Assembly: GCA_903894565.1 (NCBI GenBank) | Contig: CAITQP010000011.1 | Span: 70,515 to 134,514, forward strand | Direction of reading: 5' to 3' | Source of the DNA: an uncultured bacterium | Lineage (GTDB): Bacteria > Patescibacteriota > Minisyncoccia > Phycocordibacterales > UBA9973 | DNA length: 64,000 bases | Shown: positions 9,637-19,312 of the stretch, one piece after another | Numbering within the stretch: the stretch's first letter is position 1 | How the letters are laid out: each line of letters opens with the position of its first letter | The notes under the pieces: model-generated | What the model was told of the DNA's origin: nothing | What the model saw: the letters and a program-made list of their open reading frames with translations, nothing else | The model's database searches: none | Program-made: the position numbers and the translations under genes

Positions 9637-10551
9637 ATGAACTGGTTTCTTCTAGCCCTACTCGCTCCGCTCGCATGGAGCGTAGCAAACTATCTCGACA
9701 AATTTCTCCTTTCGAATTCGAAAGGAGAGGGTGAGGGAGGTAGTGGGGGACTTCTAATACTTTCTTCTCTTGTGAGTTTGGTTGCAGCCGGATGTATTTT
9801 TTTGAAGCAAGGAGCACTCGGCATTACACTTGATTCGCAGTCGGTCGGAGTGCTCATTCTTTCGGGAATGTTTGAAGCACTCTATATCCTGTTTTATTTC
9901 TGGGCACTTGAAGCTGAATCAACAGCAACAGTAATATCGCTCTTTCAATTCGCCCCGATCATGGGGCTTTTGTTTGGGTATCTTATGCTCAACGAATCGC
10001 CAACAGGAATGCAATTCCTCGCAGTCTTGGTGATTCTTGTCGGTACCTTGCTTATCATCAAAAAGAAAGGGGAGAGATTGTCGTTTAATGGACATGTTTT
10101 GCTCATGATGATCGTTGCGACAACATTCGTCGGGATTTACAACACGTTGTTTAAAATTGTCGGTGAACATATACCGTTTTGGTCTGCGATGTTCTGGCAA
10201 TACCTTGGTATCGGCATGGTTGGTTTCTTACTTTTCTTTGGAGTCGCGCCATATCGCAAGCAGGCAATAGACATGATCACAAAAAAGAGCTTGAATTCGC
10301 TTGGATTGACCGGCCTTGCTGAAGTAATGAATATCGTGGCTCTCATGGCCACGAACGCGGCAATCCTGCTTGCGCCTGTGGCGCTCGTGCTTTCGATTAG
10401 CTCGATTCAGCCTGTCTTCGTCCTGATTGAGGCTTATATTATAACGGCCTTTTTCCCGAAGTTTTTAGACCCTTGCGATAAACCGGTATTCATGTTACAA
10501 TATGCATTAGGTATCCTCCTCGTCTGTGTTGGGGGATTTCTCATCTATTAA
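9637..10551 (+). CDS. EamA/DMT-family transporter (10 TM)
   Basis: Two-repeat 5+5 TM hydrophobic architecture typical of DMT/EamA. Confidence 0.65.
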   Translation: MNWFLLALLAPLAWSVANYLDKFLLSNSKGEGEGGSGGLLILSSLVSLVAAGCIFLKQGALGITLDSQSVGVLILSGMFEALYILFYFWALEAESTATVISLFQFAPIMGLLFGYLMLNESPTGMQFLAVLVILVGTLLIIKKKGERLSFNGHVLLMMIVATTFVGIYNTLFKIVGEHIPFWSAMFWQYLGIGMVGFLLFFGVAPYRKQAIDMITKKSLNSLGLTGLAEVMNIVALMATNAAILLAPVALVLSISSIQPVFVLIEAYIITAFFPKFLDPCDKPVFMLQYALGILLVCVGGFLIY

Positions 10552-10563
10552 TCAAAAAAGCGT

Positions 10564-11466
10564 ATGATTCCACTATTTCCAGAATTTAAAAAGCTCGAAT
10601 TGTCCGACAAGGACGAAATCGAGAGCTTTACGCGCCAATTTCCACCGTACTCTGACTTTAACTTCGTAAGTATGTGGAGTTGGGATATAAAATCTGAAAC
10701 ATCAGTTTCTCAATGTGAAGGAAACTTAATAGTTCGATTCACCGATTACTTATCAAAAGAGCCTTTTTACTCATTTATCGGAGTGAATAATATTTATAAA
10801 ACCATTGATTCGGTTACTGAGTATTCATTAAAAAATGGGTCTGGATCAAAACTTAAATTTATACCAAACGAGGTAGTTTCGATGATTAGTGATTCAAACT
10901 ACCTTGTTATTCCTGATCCAGATAACTTTGATTACGTATATAACATGCAAGAATTTCACGCTGGATTGGGAAAAAAATATGAAACTCAGCGCAATCAAAT
11001 TAACCGATTTCTAAAAAAACACCCCGGAGTTAAGACAGAGGTTTTCTTCGATTTTAGTGAAATTAAGGAAAAAATATTACGCTTGGAACAAAAATGGAAA
11101 TTAAATAAGATTATCGATGAAAAAGTCATTGAATTTCAAAGCGAATCAGCAGCTTTGTGGCGAATTTTCGACTTACAAGGCGAAAGTTTTGTTACAGTAG
11201 GTCTTTTTGATGGCGATGAATTAATTGGTTTCTGCGTATCAGAGCTCCTCGACAAAGAATATGCGATTGCCCATTTTGCAAAAGCTGACGTGAATTATTC
11301 TGGAGTATATTCGTACCTACTATACTCAACTTGTGACGCTCTGATTAAAAAAGGGAAAATATATTTGAACTACGAACAAGACTTAGGTTTAATGCACTTA
11401 CGTAATTCTAAAACTTCATTTCGTCCGGCCTATTACTTAAAGAAGAATATTGTTGTAAAACAGTGA
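10564..11466 (+). CDS. DUF2156-family protein (aminoacyl-phosphatidylglycerol synthase C-terminal-like, tRNA-dependent aminoacyltransferase fold)
   Basis: Family-typical blocks DYVYN...GKKYETQRNQINRF and NYEQDLGLMHLRNSKTSFRP. About 35% GC, lower than its surroundings. Confidence 0.65.
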   Translation: MIPLFPEFKKLELSDKDEIESFTRQFPPYSDFNFVSMWSWDIKSETSVSQCEGNLIVRFTDYLSKEPFYSFIGVNNIYKTIDSVTEYSLKNGSGSKLKFIPNEVVSMISDSNYLVIPDPDNFDYVYNMQEFHAGLGKKYETQRNQINRFLKKHPGVKTEVFFDFSEIKEKILRLEQKWKLNKIIDEKVIEFQSESAALWRIFDLQGESFVTVGLFDGDELIGFCVSELLDKEYAIAHFAKADVNYSGVYSYLLYSTCDALIKKGKIYLNYEQDLGLMHLRNSKTSFRPAYYLKKNIVVKQ

Positions 11467-11485
11467 ATAACTGATTTGCAAGAGG

Positions 11486-12343
11486 ATGAATCTATATTAC
11501 AATAGATTCATGAAAGAATCATCAACACCGTTTCAAAAATTATTGACGAACCATTTTGTGTTGCTTGCATCACTATTTTTTTGGGGAATGAGCGTATGGT
11601 GGGTTACCATAATTCTCCATGGTTATAGAGGCACGAATGATAACAATTTATTCACGGTTATTTACCCAATTTTATCACTTGCTGGTGGTATTACTGGACT
11701 CATCTATGCAGAACGATGGGGTGGTTTCAAGAGTCTTATAGGAAAAGCACTCAAATTTCTTAGTTTTGGACTTCTTGCTCAATTTTTCGGGCAGGCTGCG
11801 TACACATATTATATTTATTTAAAGGGAGTTGCTGTTCCGTACCCTTCGATTGGTGATATCGGGTACTTTGGAAGCGTTGTGTTTTATTTCCTTGGTGCTC
11901 TTTATCTTGCAAAAGTTTGCGGTTTTGGAAGATCGACTCGATCACTGAGCAGTAAACTTTTAGCGCTTGTAGTACCGATTCTCCTCCTTGCTTGTTCCTA
12001 CTTCTTCTTCTTGAGAGGTTATGATTTTAGTTCAATCAACTATCTGAAAACATTTTTGGATTTTGGATACCCAATTGGCCAAGCAATATATGTTTCAGTG
12101 GGAATTATCGCATTGTTGCTTTCAAGTACAGCAATGGGTGGTATAATGAAGAAGCCAATATTATTTTTAATATTTGCACTTATATTCCAGTACATATCAG
12201 ACTTCGTGTTTCTTTATCAGGCAAATAATGGGAGTTGGTATGTTGGTGGTTTAAACGACTACTTATACCTAGCATCATATTTTTTGATGACAATCGCTCT
12301 TGTTAACATTGGTGGCGTGTTTCGTACTATTAACGAAGCATAA
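11486..12343 (+). CDS. polytopic membrane protein, paralog B
   Basis: VAVPYPSIGDIGYFGSVVFYFLGALYLA, LDFGYPIGQAI. Low GC. Confidence 0.55.
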   Translation: MNLYYNRFMKESSTPFQKLLTNHFVLLASLFFWGMSVWWVTIILHGYRGTNDNNLFTVIYPILSLAGGITGLIYAERWGGFKSLIGKALKFLSFGLLAQFFGQAAYTYYIYLKGVAVPYPSIGDIGYFGSVVFYFLGALYLAKVCGFGRSTRSLSSKLLALVVPILLLACSYFFFLRGYDFSSINYLKTFLDFGYPIGQAIYVSVGIIALLLSSTAMGGIMKKPILFLIFALIFQYISDFVFLYQANNGSWYVGGLNDYLYLASYFLMTIALVNIGGVFRTINEA

Positions 12344-12350
12344 ATAAATT

Positions 12351-12644
12351 ATGGATACAGCAATAGACGTCTTCAACCAAATATCTATCCGTATCATCAA
12401 GGAGCAGGAGGCTATCATTGGGCCACTTGCCTGGAGTGAGGCGGCGAAGGTTCCAGGGCTCACAATCATCGACCCGAAGGCCCACACCGTGAGTGTTACA
12501 GGGGAACCGAAAGAGGTCATCAACAGTCTCGTTTCTCGCTACGAACAACTCTTTGGACGTCTCTCACGTGAAGTCAGTCGAGAAGCAGTCGTCGACCTCA
12601 CCGCAGATATCCCATCAGAAGATATTCCTACGAGTCTCAAATAA
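12351..12644 (+). CDS. small hypothetical protein (97 aa)
   Basis: ORF tightly spaced between membrane paralog B and the histidine kinase. Coding-like composition. Confidence 0.4.
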   Translation: MDTAIDVFNQISIRIIKEQEAIIGPLAWSEAAKVPGLTIIDPKAHTVSVTGEPKEVINSLVSRYEQLFGRLSREVSREAVVDLTADIPSEDIPTSLK

Positions 12645-12677
12645 CATTAGTATCAATAATTTTAAACCAAGTCACTA

Positions 12678-14066
12678 ATGTCACTTTTTTCCTGGCACAA
12701 AAAACAACCAGACGCATCTCCCGCAAAGGACTCACTTACTCCGAGCGACGTAAACGAAATACTGTACAAGCGAAATGCCGAACTTGCTATCAAAAACAAG
12801 GCGCTTTCGCTTCTTGGTAATTTGTACGAGACAAGTATTTTGACGCTTACACCAGCAGATCTCGCGCGCAAAATTTCAGATTCAGTTCGTGAGGCACTCA
12901 ACTACGAATCGGTTTCCATGTTTCAGTACGATAAGGAGAACGACGCTCTTGATCAGATTGGATATTCTCGCTCCGATCGTTACGACGAACAGCTTCGCTT
13001 GTCTGGAGTGAAGATTGATTACACGTCAATCGACAAAGCATCGACTCGTGAATTTTTTGATGGCGTCATGAACAAGCGCCAGCCAGTTTTGAATGAAAAA
13101 TTTGGCTTCATCCACAAAAACGGTGTACTGTCAGAAGAAGAAATTAAAATGTTGGCTGATCGAGCACACATCAAATCTTCGATTGTATATCCACTTGCAC
13201 TTGGTGAGCATGTGCTTGGAATGTTGCTCATTAGTATGAATCGCGAATACGAATCACTCCCTGATTACGAAAAGGGGATTATCGGAAGTATCGTGAACGT
13301 GGTCTCCCTCGCGCTCGACAAGTCTCTTACGTATGAGGCACTTCAGGATGCGAACGAGAAGCTGAAGAGTGTGGACAAGCTCAAGACAGAATTCTTGTCG
13401 CTCGCGGCTCATCAGCTCCGTAGTCCGCTTACAGCCATTCGTGGATATACATCGATGCTTCTCGACGGATCATTTGGAACTGTTGATACAAAGCAAAAGG
13501 AGGCGATTAATCGTGTGTTTGAATCAAGTAGCCACCTTACAAAGATCGTTGAAGATTTGTTGAACGTTTCCAAGATTGAAGCTGGGGGGATGAAGTACGA
13601 AATGGCTCCGTTTGATCTCGAAAAAGCAGTGCATGATTTGACGACAGACCTCTCTATCACAGCGGAAAAGAAAGGATTGAAACTTTCGTTTGCAACTGAT
13701 AGCAAAGGCCCATATACTGTCAACGGAGACATGGAAAAAATTCGTCAGGTTGTACTCAATGTCATCGACAATGCGATCAAATATACAATGCAAGGCTCCA
13801 TCTCAGTTTTGCTTGCACGCAATGAGGCAACCAAGATGATTCGCATCGCAGTTACAGATACCGGAATGGGAATTTCAGCTGAAGAAAAAGAAAAACTTTT
13901 CCAGAAATTTAGTCGCGGAGAAGGAGGAAAGACGAACACAAGTGGCTCAGGTCTCGGTCTCTATCTTGCGAAACAAATCGCCGAAGCTCACGGTGGGGAA
14001 GTTGTTATTGATTCGCCAGGCGCGGGCAAAGGTTCAACATTCACCATCGAACTCAAAGCGATGTAA
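12678..14066 (+). CDS. cytoplasmic sensor histidine kinase with GAF-like domain
   Basis: HisKA H-box LSLAAHQLRSPLTAIRGY. HATPase G-boxes DTGMGI and GSGLGLYLAK. No TM and no adjacent response regulator. Confidence 0.85.
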   Translation: MSLFSWHKKQPDASPAKDSLTPSDVNEILYKRNAELAIKNKALSLLGNLYETSILTLTPADLARKISDSVREALNYESVSMFQYDKENDALDQIGYSRSDRYDEQLRLSGVKIDYTSIDKASTREFFDGVMNKRQPVLNEKFGFIHKNGVLSEEEIKMLADRAHIKSSIVYPLALGEHVLGMLLISMNREYESLPDYEKGIIGSIVNVVSLALDKSLTYEALQDANEKLKSVDKLKTEFLSLAAHQLRSPLTAIRGYTSMLLDGSFGTVDTKQKEAINRVFESSSHLTKIVEDLLNVSKIEAGGMKYEMAPFDLEKAVHDLTTDLSITAEKKGLKLSFATDSKGPYTVNGDMEKIRQVVLNVIDNAIKYTMQGSISVLLARNEATKMIRIAVTDTGMGISAEEKEKLFQKFSRGEGGKTNTSGSGLGLYLAKQIAEAHGGEVVIDSPGAGKGSTFTIELKAM

Positions 14067-14070
14067 TAAA

Positions 14071-14115
14071 AGACAACAAAAAACACAGAGGTAACTCTGT
14101 GTTTTTTGTTGTCTT
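14071..14115. terminator. bidirectional intrinsic terminator (perfect 20-bp-arm palindrome)
   Basis: AGACAACAAAAAACACAGAG-gtaac-CTCTGTGTTTTTTGTTGTCT, between the convergent histidine-kinase and cysS genes. Confidence 0.7.
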
Positions 14116-14121
14116 GCGGAC

Positions 14122-15537
14122 CTATTTCTTTTCGATGACAAACCCCTTGTCTGTATCTTTAATGATATACCCATGTGAGGCAATCGAATCACGAAGTTTG
14201 TCACTGTCAGCCCAGTTTTTTGCGTTACGAGCTTCTTCACGTTTGTTTGCAAGGATAAGAACCTCAGCTGGAATTTCGATAGACGATTTTTCTCCAAGAT
14301 TGAATCCGAATACTTCGTCAAAATTGAGTGCAGTGACGACCATGTCACTAGGTGCGATGTTTTTGTCGTGTACGAGTTCGTGAAGCACCGAGAGCGCAAG
14401 TGGCATATTGAGATCATCATTAATCGCAGATAAAAATTTCTCTCGATACGATTCGTTTACTTTGCCACCGGCAAGGAGGTGTTCGATGTCGGTTGAATCG
14501 CTAGCAATGATGGCTTTTATACGTTTCAGCGCTGTGTCTGACGCCGTGAGTGCTTCCCATGTGAAGTTGAGTGGGGATCGATAGTGTCCAGAGAAATAAA
14601 AATAACGAAGAGAGAGGGGACTTATGTTGCGCGCAGTAATATCTGCGAGGGTGTACGCGTTGCCGAGCGATTTGCCCATGCGACCGCCATCAACTTGCAA
14701 AAATGCTCCATGCATCCAAAGATGAACGAATGGACTTTTGCCAGTCGCGCCTTCGGCCTGTGCGATCTCATTTGGGTGATGCGTGCTCTTGAGATCCTCA
14801 CCACCGACGTGAATATCGAATTGCTCGCCGAGATATTTCAGGCTCATTGCCGTACATTCACTATGCCAGCCAGGAAATCCGACACCCCATGGACTTTGCC
14901 ACTCCATGTCTCGTTTTGCATCTATCGGGCTAAATTTCCAGAGTGCAAAATCGCGGAAGTTGCGCTTTTCTGGATTGAAATCAACACGTGCGCCAGCTTT
15001 GATTTGGTCAAGGTTTGAAAGGACTCCATACGTGAATCCTTTTTTCTCGAAGGCTTCGGTGTCGAAATAGATACCGTCGTTGATACGATAGGTGAGACCT
15101 GCTAGTTCGAGCTGTTGTATGAGTGCTATCTGTTCCGGAATGTGTTCTGTTGCAGGGAGGAATGCTTCAGGCTCGGTAAGATTGAGCATTGTGTATCCGT
15201 GCTTAAAATCTTCGGTGTAGAATTTTGCGATCTCCCATGCATTTTTGCCTTCACGAGCCTTGGCCTTTTCCATACGATCTTCGCCAGTATCAGCGTCACC
15301 ACTATTGTCGCCAGTCAAATGGCCAACGTCCGTGATGTTCATATAGTAGTTGACCTTGTATTCGTTGTAGCGGAGCACACGTGCAACGAGGTCGCCGAGT
15401 GTATAGGTGCGCCAATTGCCAATCGTTACATAGTTGTAAACGGTCGGCCCGCAGGTATACATGCCAACACCGTTTGCACTTGTTGTACTAAACGGTTCAG
15501 CTTTGCGCGTCAGTGAATTGTAGAACGTTAGAGCCAT
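14122..15537 (-). CDS. cysS: cysteine--tRNA ligase
   Basis: Class I HIGH-like CGPTVYNYVTIGN, KMSKS as KMGKSLGN, full-length match. Confidence 0.92.
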   Translation of the reverse strand: MALTFYNSLTRKAEPFSTTSANGVGMYTCGPTVYNYVTIGNWRTYTLGDLVARVLRYNEYKVNYYMNITDVGHLTGDNSGDADTGEDRMEKAKAREGKNAWEIAKFYTEDFKHGYTMLNLTEPEAFLPATEHIPEQIALIQQLELAGLTYRINDGIYFDTEAFEKKGFTYGVLSNLDQIKAGARVDFNPEKRNFRDFALWKFSPIDAKRDMEWQSPWGVGFPGWHSECTAMSLKYLGEQFDIHVGGEDLKSTHHPNEIAQAEGATGKSPFVHLWMHGAFLQVDGGRMGKSLGNAYTLADITARNISPLSLRYFYFSGHYRSPLNFTWEALTASDTALKRIKAIIASDSTDIEHLLAGGKVNESYREKFLSAINDDLNMPLALSVLHELVHDKNIAPSDMVVTALNFDEVFGFNLGEKSSIEIPAEVLILANKREEARNAKNWADSDKLRDSIASHGYIIKDTDKGFVIEKK

Positions 15538-16442
15538 TTTTTAGAGCGGAAATAGATGATCAAGATGAGACACGTGAAGGCCATGCTTGCGAGTACGGCA
15601 ATGAGACGCTTCGGATCATCAAGATACAGGTATTTTGAGTTCATTGCAAATATCCATGAAATGAGACCGAGAGGGAGTAAAACAACGTTGATTGCCGTAA
15701 GACGGCGCATTGTTGCATTCGTTTTTGCGGAGAGAAGCGAATCGTTGGTGCGACGAAGGTCTTGTACCATCTGGCGACTTTCTTCAAGTGCTTGTGTGAC
15801 GTGTAAACATTCGCCTTCAATCATGCCCGCATAATTTGCGAATTCAGGGCCGTACATTTTTTGAGCCGAAGCACTAAATGATTTGATCATTTCTGTGTGC
15901 GATCGAAGAGCAGACTTCAAGTCAATGATAGTGCGGGATACATGAGAAAGGTGACTGACCATTGCGGTCTCGTAACCTGCAAAAATTTTGTGTTCAATAT
16001 CTCGAATATCGTGTTCGACTGATTCAAGCAAAAAGAGTGTATGTTTGTAGAGTTCCTTCATTTGTGCAAAGAAGAGAAATCCAGCATGTTCTCCAAAACG
16101 AGCACTCGAGATATAACTATTTGCTTCAAAGATCTTTGCAAAATCATGTAATGGATCAATGAGTTCGTAATGTGTTGTTATTAACGTATTTTCAAGCAAC
16201 ACAAAATCAATTTCGGTTTCGCGAATGCGTCCAGTTGTTCGATTTCGGATGGGGAAGTGAAGAATAACGTAAATTCCATTTTCGTAAATGTCTACTTTCG
16301 CTCGCTCAGAACTTGTAATGAGTTCTGTCGTAATTAGTGGGTGAAGATTGTATTCTTCCGCGATTGCCTCTGCTTCTTCTTTTGTAGGAGACTCAAGATC
16401 AATCCACGTGAGACCTTGGCGTGTTGTATATCGAGATATCAT
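15528..16442 (-). CDS. corA: CorA-family magnesium/cobalt transporter (AMN variant of the GMN motif)
   Basis: Cytoplasmic domain plus two C-terminal TMs with FAMNSKYL signature. Confidence 0.7.
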   Translation of the reverse strand: MISRYTTRQGLTWIDLESPTKEEAEAIAEEYNLHPLITTELITSSERAKVDIYENGIYVILHFPIRNRTTGRIRETEIDFVLLENTLITTHYELIDPLHDFAKIFEANSYISSARFGEHAGFLFFAQMKELYKHTLFLLESVEHDIRDIEHKIFAGYETAMVSHLSHVSRTIIDLKSALRSHTEMIKSFSASAQKMYGPEFANYAGMIEGECLHVTQALEESRQMVQDLRRTNDSLLSAKTNATMRRLTAINVVLLPLGLISWIFAMNSKYLYLDDPKRLIAVLASMAFTCLILIIYFRSKKWL

Positions 16443-16506
16443 GCGTCTATTATACTTGTTCTATTTCCAAAATGTAAGTGTATAGAGTATACTTTCGCTT
16501 AGTATT

Positions 16507-17889
16507 ATGAATATGAAAAAAACGGAAACGGATGAACTCGAAAAAGCATTCGAAGTTCCCGCAAAATTACTCGAAGAAGGGATCGAATTCGTAGAAAAAG
16601 AAGAAAAAATTCTTGTGAGCAAGAAACCGTTTAAACTTGCCGAAGAATATTGGAATACACTTGGACCAGGTCTCACATCTGGTGCTTCTGACGACGATCC
16701 TTCTGGAATTGCGACGTACTCCCAAACCGGTGCGCAGTACGGATTCAAACTTTTGTGGCTTTCCTGGTTTACGTTTCCGCTAATGGCTGTCGTTCAGGAA
16801 ATGTGCGCACGAATTGGCGTTGTCACCGGCCACGGACTTGCAGCAAATATCCGTCATCGATATCCACGTTGGGCGTTGTACATGATTACCTCGCTTTTGT
16901 TTGTTGCGAATACATTCAATATCGGAGCAGACCTCGGCGCAATGGCAAAAGGAACACAACTCATCGCGCCTCACTTAGGCTTTATGTTTTTGATTATAGG
17001 TTTTGCGGTCTTGAGTTTACTGCTTCAAATCTTCACAACATATGCCCGATATGCAAAATATCTGAAGTACCTTGCATTTGTATTGCTCGCATATATCCTC
17101 TCAGCGCTCATGAGTCATCTTGACTGGGGTGTTTTGATGCACAATGCGGTAATGCCTAAAATTACCTTCAGCAAGGATCAAATTTTTCTGATTTGTGCCA
17201 TCCTCGGAACAACTATTTCGCCATATCTTTTCTTTTGGCAAACTTCACAAGAAGTCGAAGAACAAAATCTTCAAGGAAGAGACGACGAAAACAAATGGAC
17301 ACAACCTGTTACAAAAAAGGAAATCCGCCATATTCGAGCCGATGTATGGAGTGGAATGTTTTTTTCAAACATCGTGATGTTTTTCATTATCGCAGCGTGT
17401 GCAGCAACACTTTATACTCACGGAGTTACCAATATTGCCACGGCAGCTGACGCTGCCTTGGCACTGCGCCCATTTGCAGGAGATCTCGCCTTCTTCCTTT
17501 TCGCTATTGGTATTATCGGTACGGGAATGCTTGCGATTCCGGTGCTTGCTGGATCGACATCCTATGCGATCTCTGAGAGTTTTGGATGGAAGCATGGTTT
17601 GTATCGCAAACTCAAAGAAGCGTACGCTTTTTATGGTGTCATCATTATTTCAGTAGTTCTTGGTATTCTGCTTAATTTCTGTGGAATTGATCCAATTAAA
17701 GCACTTATCTATTCCGCTGTTGCAAACGGGGTTATAGCCCCAGTCATCCTTATTTTTGTTGTGCTTTTGAGCTCTGAGAAGAAAATCATGGGGGATTACA
17801 CAAACAGCAAGCTTTCCACACGCGTTGGATGGCTTACTGTGGCGATCATGGCTGTGGCCGGTATCGCTGCTATTTTGTCCTTATTTTAA
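16507..17889 (+). CDS. mntH: NRAMP-family divalent metal transporter
   Basis: GPGLTSGASDDDPSGIATYSQTGAQYGFKLLW NRAMP signature. 11-12 TM. Confidence 0.85.
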   Translation: MNMKKTETDELEKAFEVPAKLLEEGIEFVEKEEKILVSKKPFKLAEEYWNTLGPGLTSGASDDDPSGIATYSQTGAQYGFKLLWLSWFTFPLMAVVQEMCARIGVVTGHGLAANIRHRYPRWALYMITSLLFVANTFNIGADLGAMAKGTQLIAPHLGFMFLIIGFAVLSLLLQIFTTYARYAKYLKYLAFVLLAYILSALMSHLDWGVLMHNAVMPKITFSKDQIFLICAILGTTISPYLFFWQTSQEVEEQNLQGRDDENKWTQPVTKKEIRHIRADVWSGMFFSNIVMFFIIAACAATLYTHGVTNIATAADAALALRPFAGDLAFFLFAIGIIGTGMLAIPVLAGSTSYAISESFGWKHGLYRKLKEAYAFYGVIIISVVLGILLNFCGIDPIKALIYSAVANGVIAPVILIFVVLLSSEKKIMGDYTNSKLSTRVGWLTVAIMAVAGIAAILSLF

Positions 17890-17904
17890 GGCGCTTTCCA
17901 CAGT

Positions 17905-17932
17905 TTGACTTCTATAAAAAATCGTGTAATAT
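17905..17932 (+). promoter_or_regulatory. sigma70-like promoter for rplU (TTGACT-16-TAATAT), near-leaderless
   Basis: -35 TTGACT 17905-17910, -10 TAATAT 17927-17932, ATG at 17942. Confidence 0.45.
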
Positions 17933-17941
17933 AGTCTCGGT

Positions 17942-18262
17942 ATGACTGAATTCGCAATTATAGCAACAGGGGGCAAACAGTATCCGGTATCTGTCGGAGA
18001 TGTTGTCCGCGTAGAAATACTTCCAGGTGACCTTAAAAAAGGCGACAAGGTAGTATTTGATCAGGTTCTCCTCGTCGACAATGGCAAAGATACTTCAATC
18101 GGAACTCCAACGATTCCAGGTGCTACTGTTGAGGGAATTTTTCAGACCGCAGGTCGCGGAAAGAAAGTTCTCGTCGTGAAGTACAAGGCAAAGAGTAAGT
18201 ACCACAAAAAGAATGGACATCGCCAGGGGTACTCAGAAGTGAAGATCTCAGCGATTAAATAA
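17942..18262 (+). CDS. rplU: 50S ribosomal protein L21
   Basis: FAIIATGGKQYPVSVGDVVRVE N-terminus. Confidence 0.9.
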   Translation: MTEFAIIATGGKQYPVSVGDVVRVEILPGDLKKGDKVVFDQVLLVDNGKDTSIGTPTIPGATVEGIFQTAGRGKKVLVVKYKAKSKYHKKNGHRQGYSEVKISAIK

Positions 18263-18269
18263 AAGTTAA

Positions 18270-18312
18270 AAAACAAAAAACACTCTGAAATTCTCAGAGT
18301 GTTTTTTGTTGT
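18270..18312. terminator. bidirectional intrinsic terminator (long palindrome)
   Basis: AACAAAAAACACTCTGAG-aaatt-CTCAGAGTGTTTTTTGTT. Shares its AAAAAACAC/GTGTTTTTTGTTGTC flanks with the terminator at 14071. Confidence 0.7.
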
Positions 18313-18324
18313 CCCTAATGTGGA

Positions 18325-18660
18325 TTAGTATAATTTCCCTCCAATTATAGCGTTAGGAGAACCAGGCGTAATTAAGATTACTTTTCCTTCAGAATCAGGT
18401 ACACCAAGTGTGAGTACTTCTGATTCGAAGGGTCCGATTTTTCGTGGTGGGAAATTAACAACTCCGAGAACAAGTTTTCCAACGAGTTCCTCTTTTGTAT
18501 ACAATGCGATAATTTGTGCTGATGATTTTTTGACTCCAATTTCTGGGCCAAAATCGATCGTAAGTTTATACGCTGGTTTTTTCGCTTCAGGAAAATCAAT
18601 TACTGAAATAATCTTACCTACACGTATATCAAGTTTTAAAAAATCTTCAATTGTTGCCAT
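18325..18660 (-). CDS. csaA: tRNA-binding protein (CsaA/Trbp111/YgjH family)
   Basis: FLKLDIRVGKIISV...KLTIDFG OB-fold tRNA-binding signature. Confidence 0.8.
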   Translation of the reverse strand: MATIEDFLKLDIRVGKIISVIDFPEAKKPAYKLTIDFGPEIGVKKSSAQIIALYTKEELVGKLVLGVVNFPPRKIGPFESEVLTLGVPDSEGKVILITPGSPNAIIGGKLY

Positions 18661-18687
18661 AGAGCGATTTTCGTTATCGATGAATAA

Positions 18688-19302
18688 TTATTCGTTTTTT
18701 GTTCTGGTGCGGAGGGCGTTGCCAAGCGTGTCAGCATCGGAGTACTCGATTTCCGTGCCAGTAGAGAGGCCTTTGCCAAGGATCGAAACGGGGATTGTCG
18801 TTTCAGATTTTTGGAGCTGAAGAGTGACGAGCGCTTCCGTTCTTTCGCCGTCAGGTGTAGCTGAGAGAGCAAGGATGATTTCTTTTAGCGTTGATTCTGA
18901 TTCTGCACTTACAAGACGAGACAATTCGAGAAGACGGATATGTGTTGATGCATCTTTTTCAATTGCTGGAGCGAGGCCACCGAGTACGAAATAGGTACCA
19001 CTATACGTACGGGACTGAATGAATCGGTCACGATCAGCATCTTTCTCAACAACAAGAAGCATGCTTTTGTCACGAGTCTTGTCGTTACATACGGGGCATT
19101 TTCCGTCAACAATATTTTCCGATAGCGCGAAACATCGCGCACAGCGACGCACATTTTTGCGAAGGTGAGTGATCTGTTCTATGAGATCGCGTGTGTAGTT
19201 TTCATCAGCTGTTGCAAGAAAATACGCAAAACGCATCGCTTGGCGTTCACCAATACCAGGAAATCGTTTAAAAAGTTGTTGGAGTTGTTTGAGTGTTTCC
19301 AT
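18688..19302 (-). CDS. recR: recombination protein RecR
   Basis: HhH FPGIGERQAMR, C4 zinc finger CARCFALS...CPVC, Toprim domain. Confidence 0.9.
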   Translation of the reverse strand: METLKQLQQLFKRFPGIGERQAMRFAYFLATADENYTRDLIEQITHLRKNVRRCARCFALSENIVDGKCPVCNDKTRDKSMLLVVEKDADRDRFIQSRTYSGTYFVLGGLAPAIEKDASTHIRLLELSRLVSAESESTLKEIILALSATPDGERTEALVTLQLQKSETTIPVSILGKGLSTGTEIEYSDADTLGNALRTRTKNE

Positions 19303-19312
19303 GCGAACAAAG

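Noticed and set aside
10564-12343. Mobile element boundaries for the low-GC block
   Set aside because: No integrase or transposase, and no direct repeats or tRNA target, were seen flanking it. I report it only as compositionally atypical.
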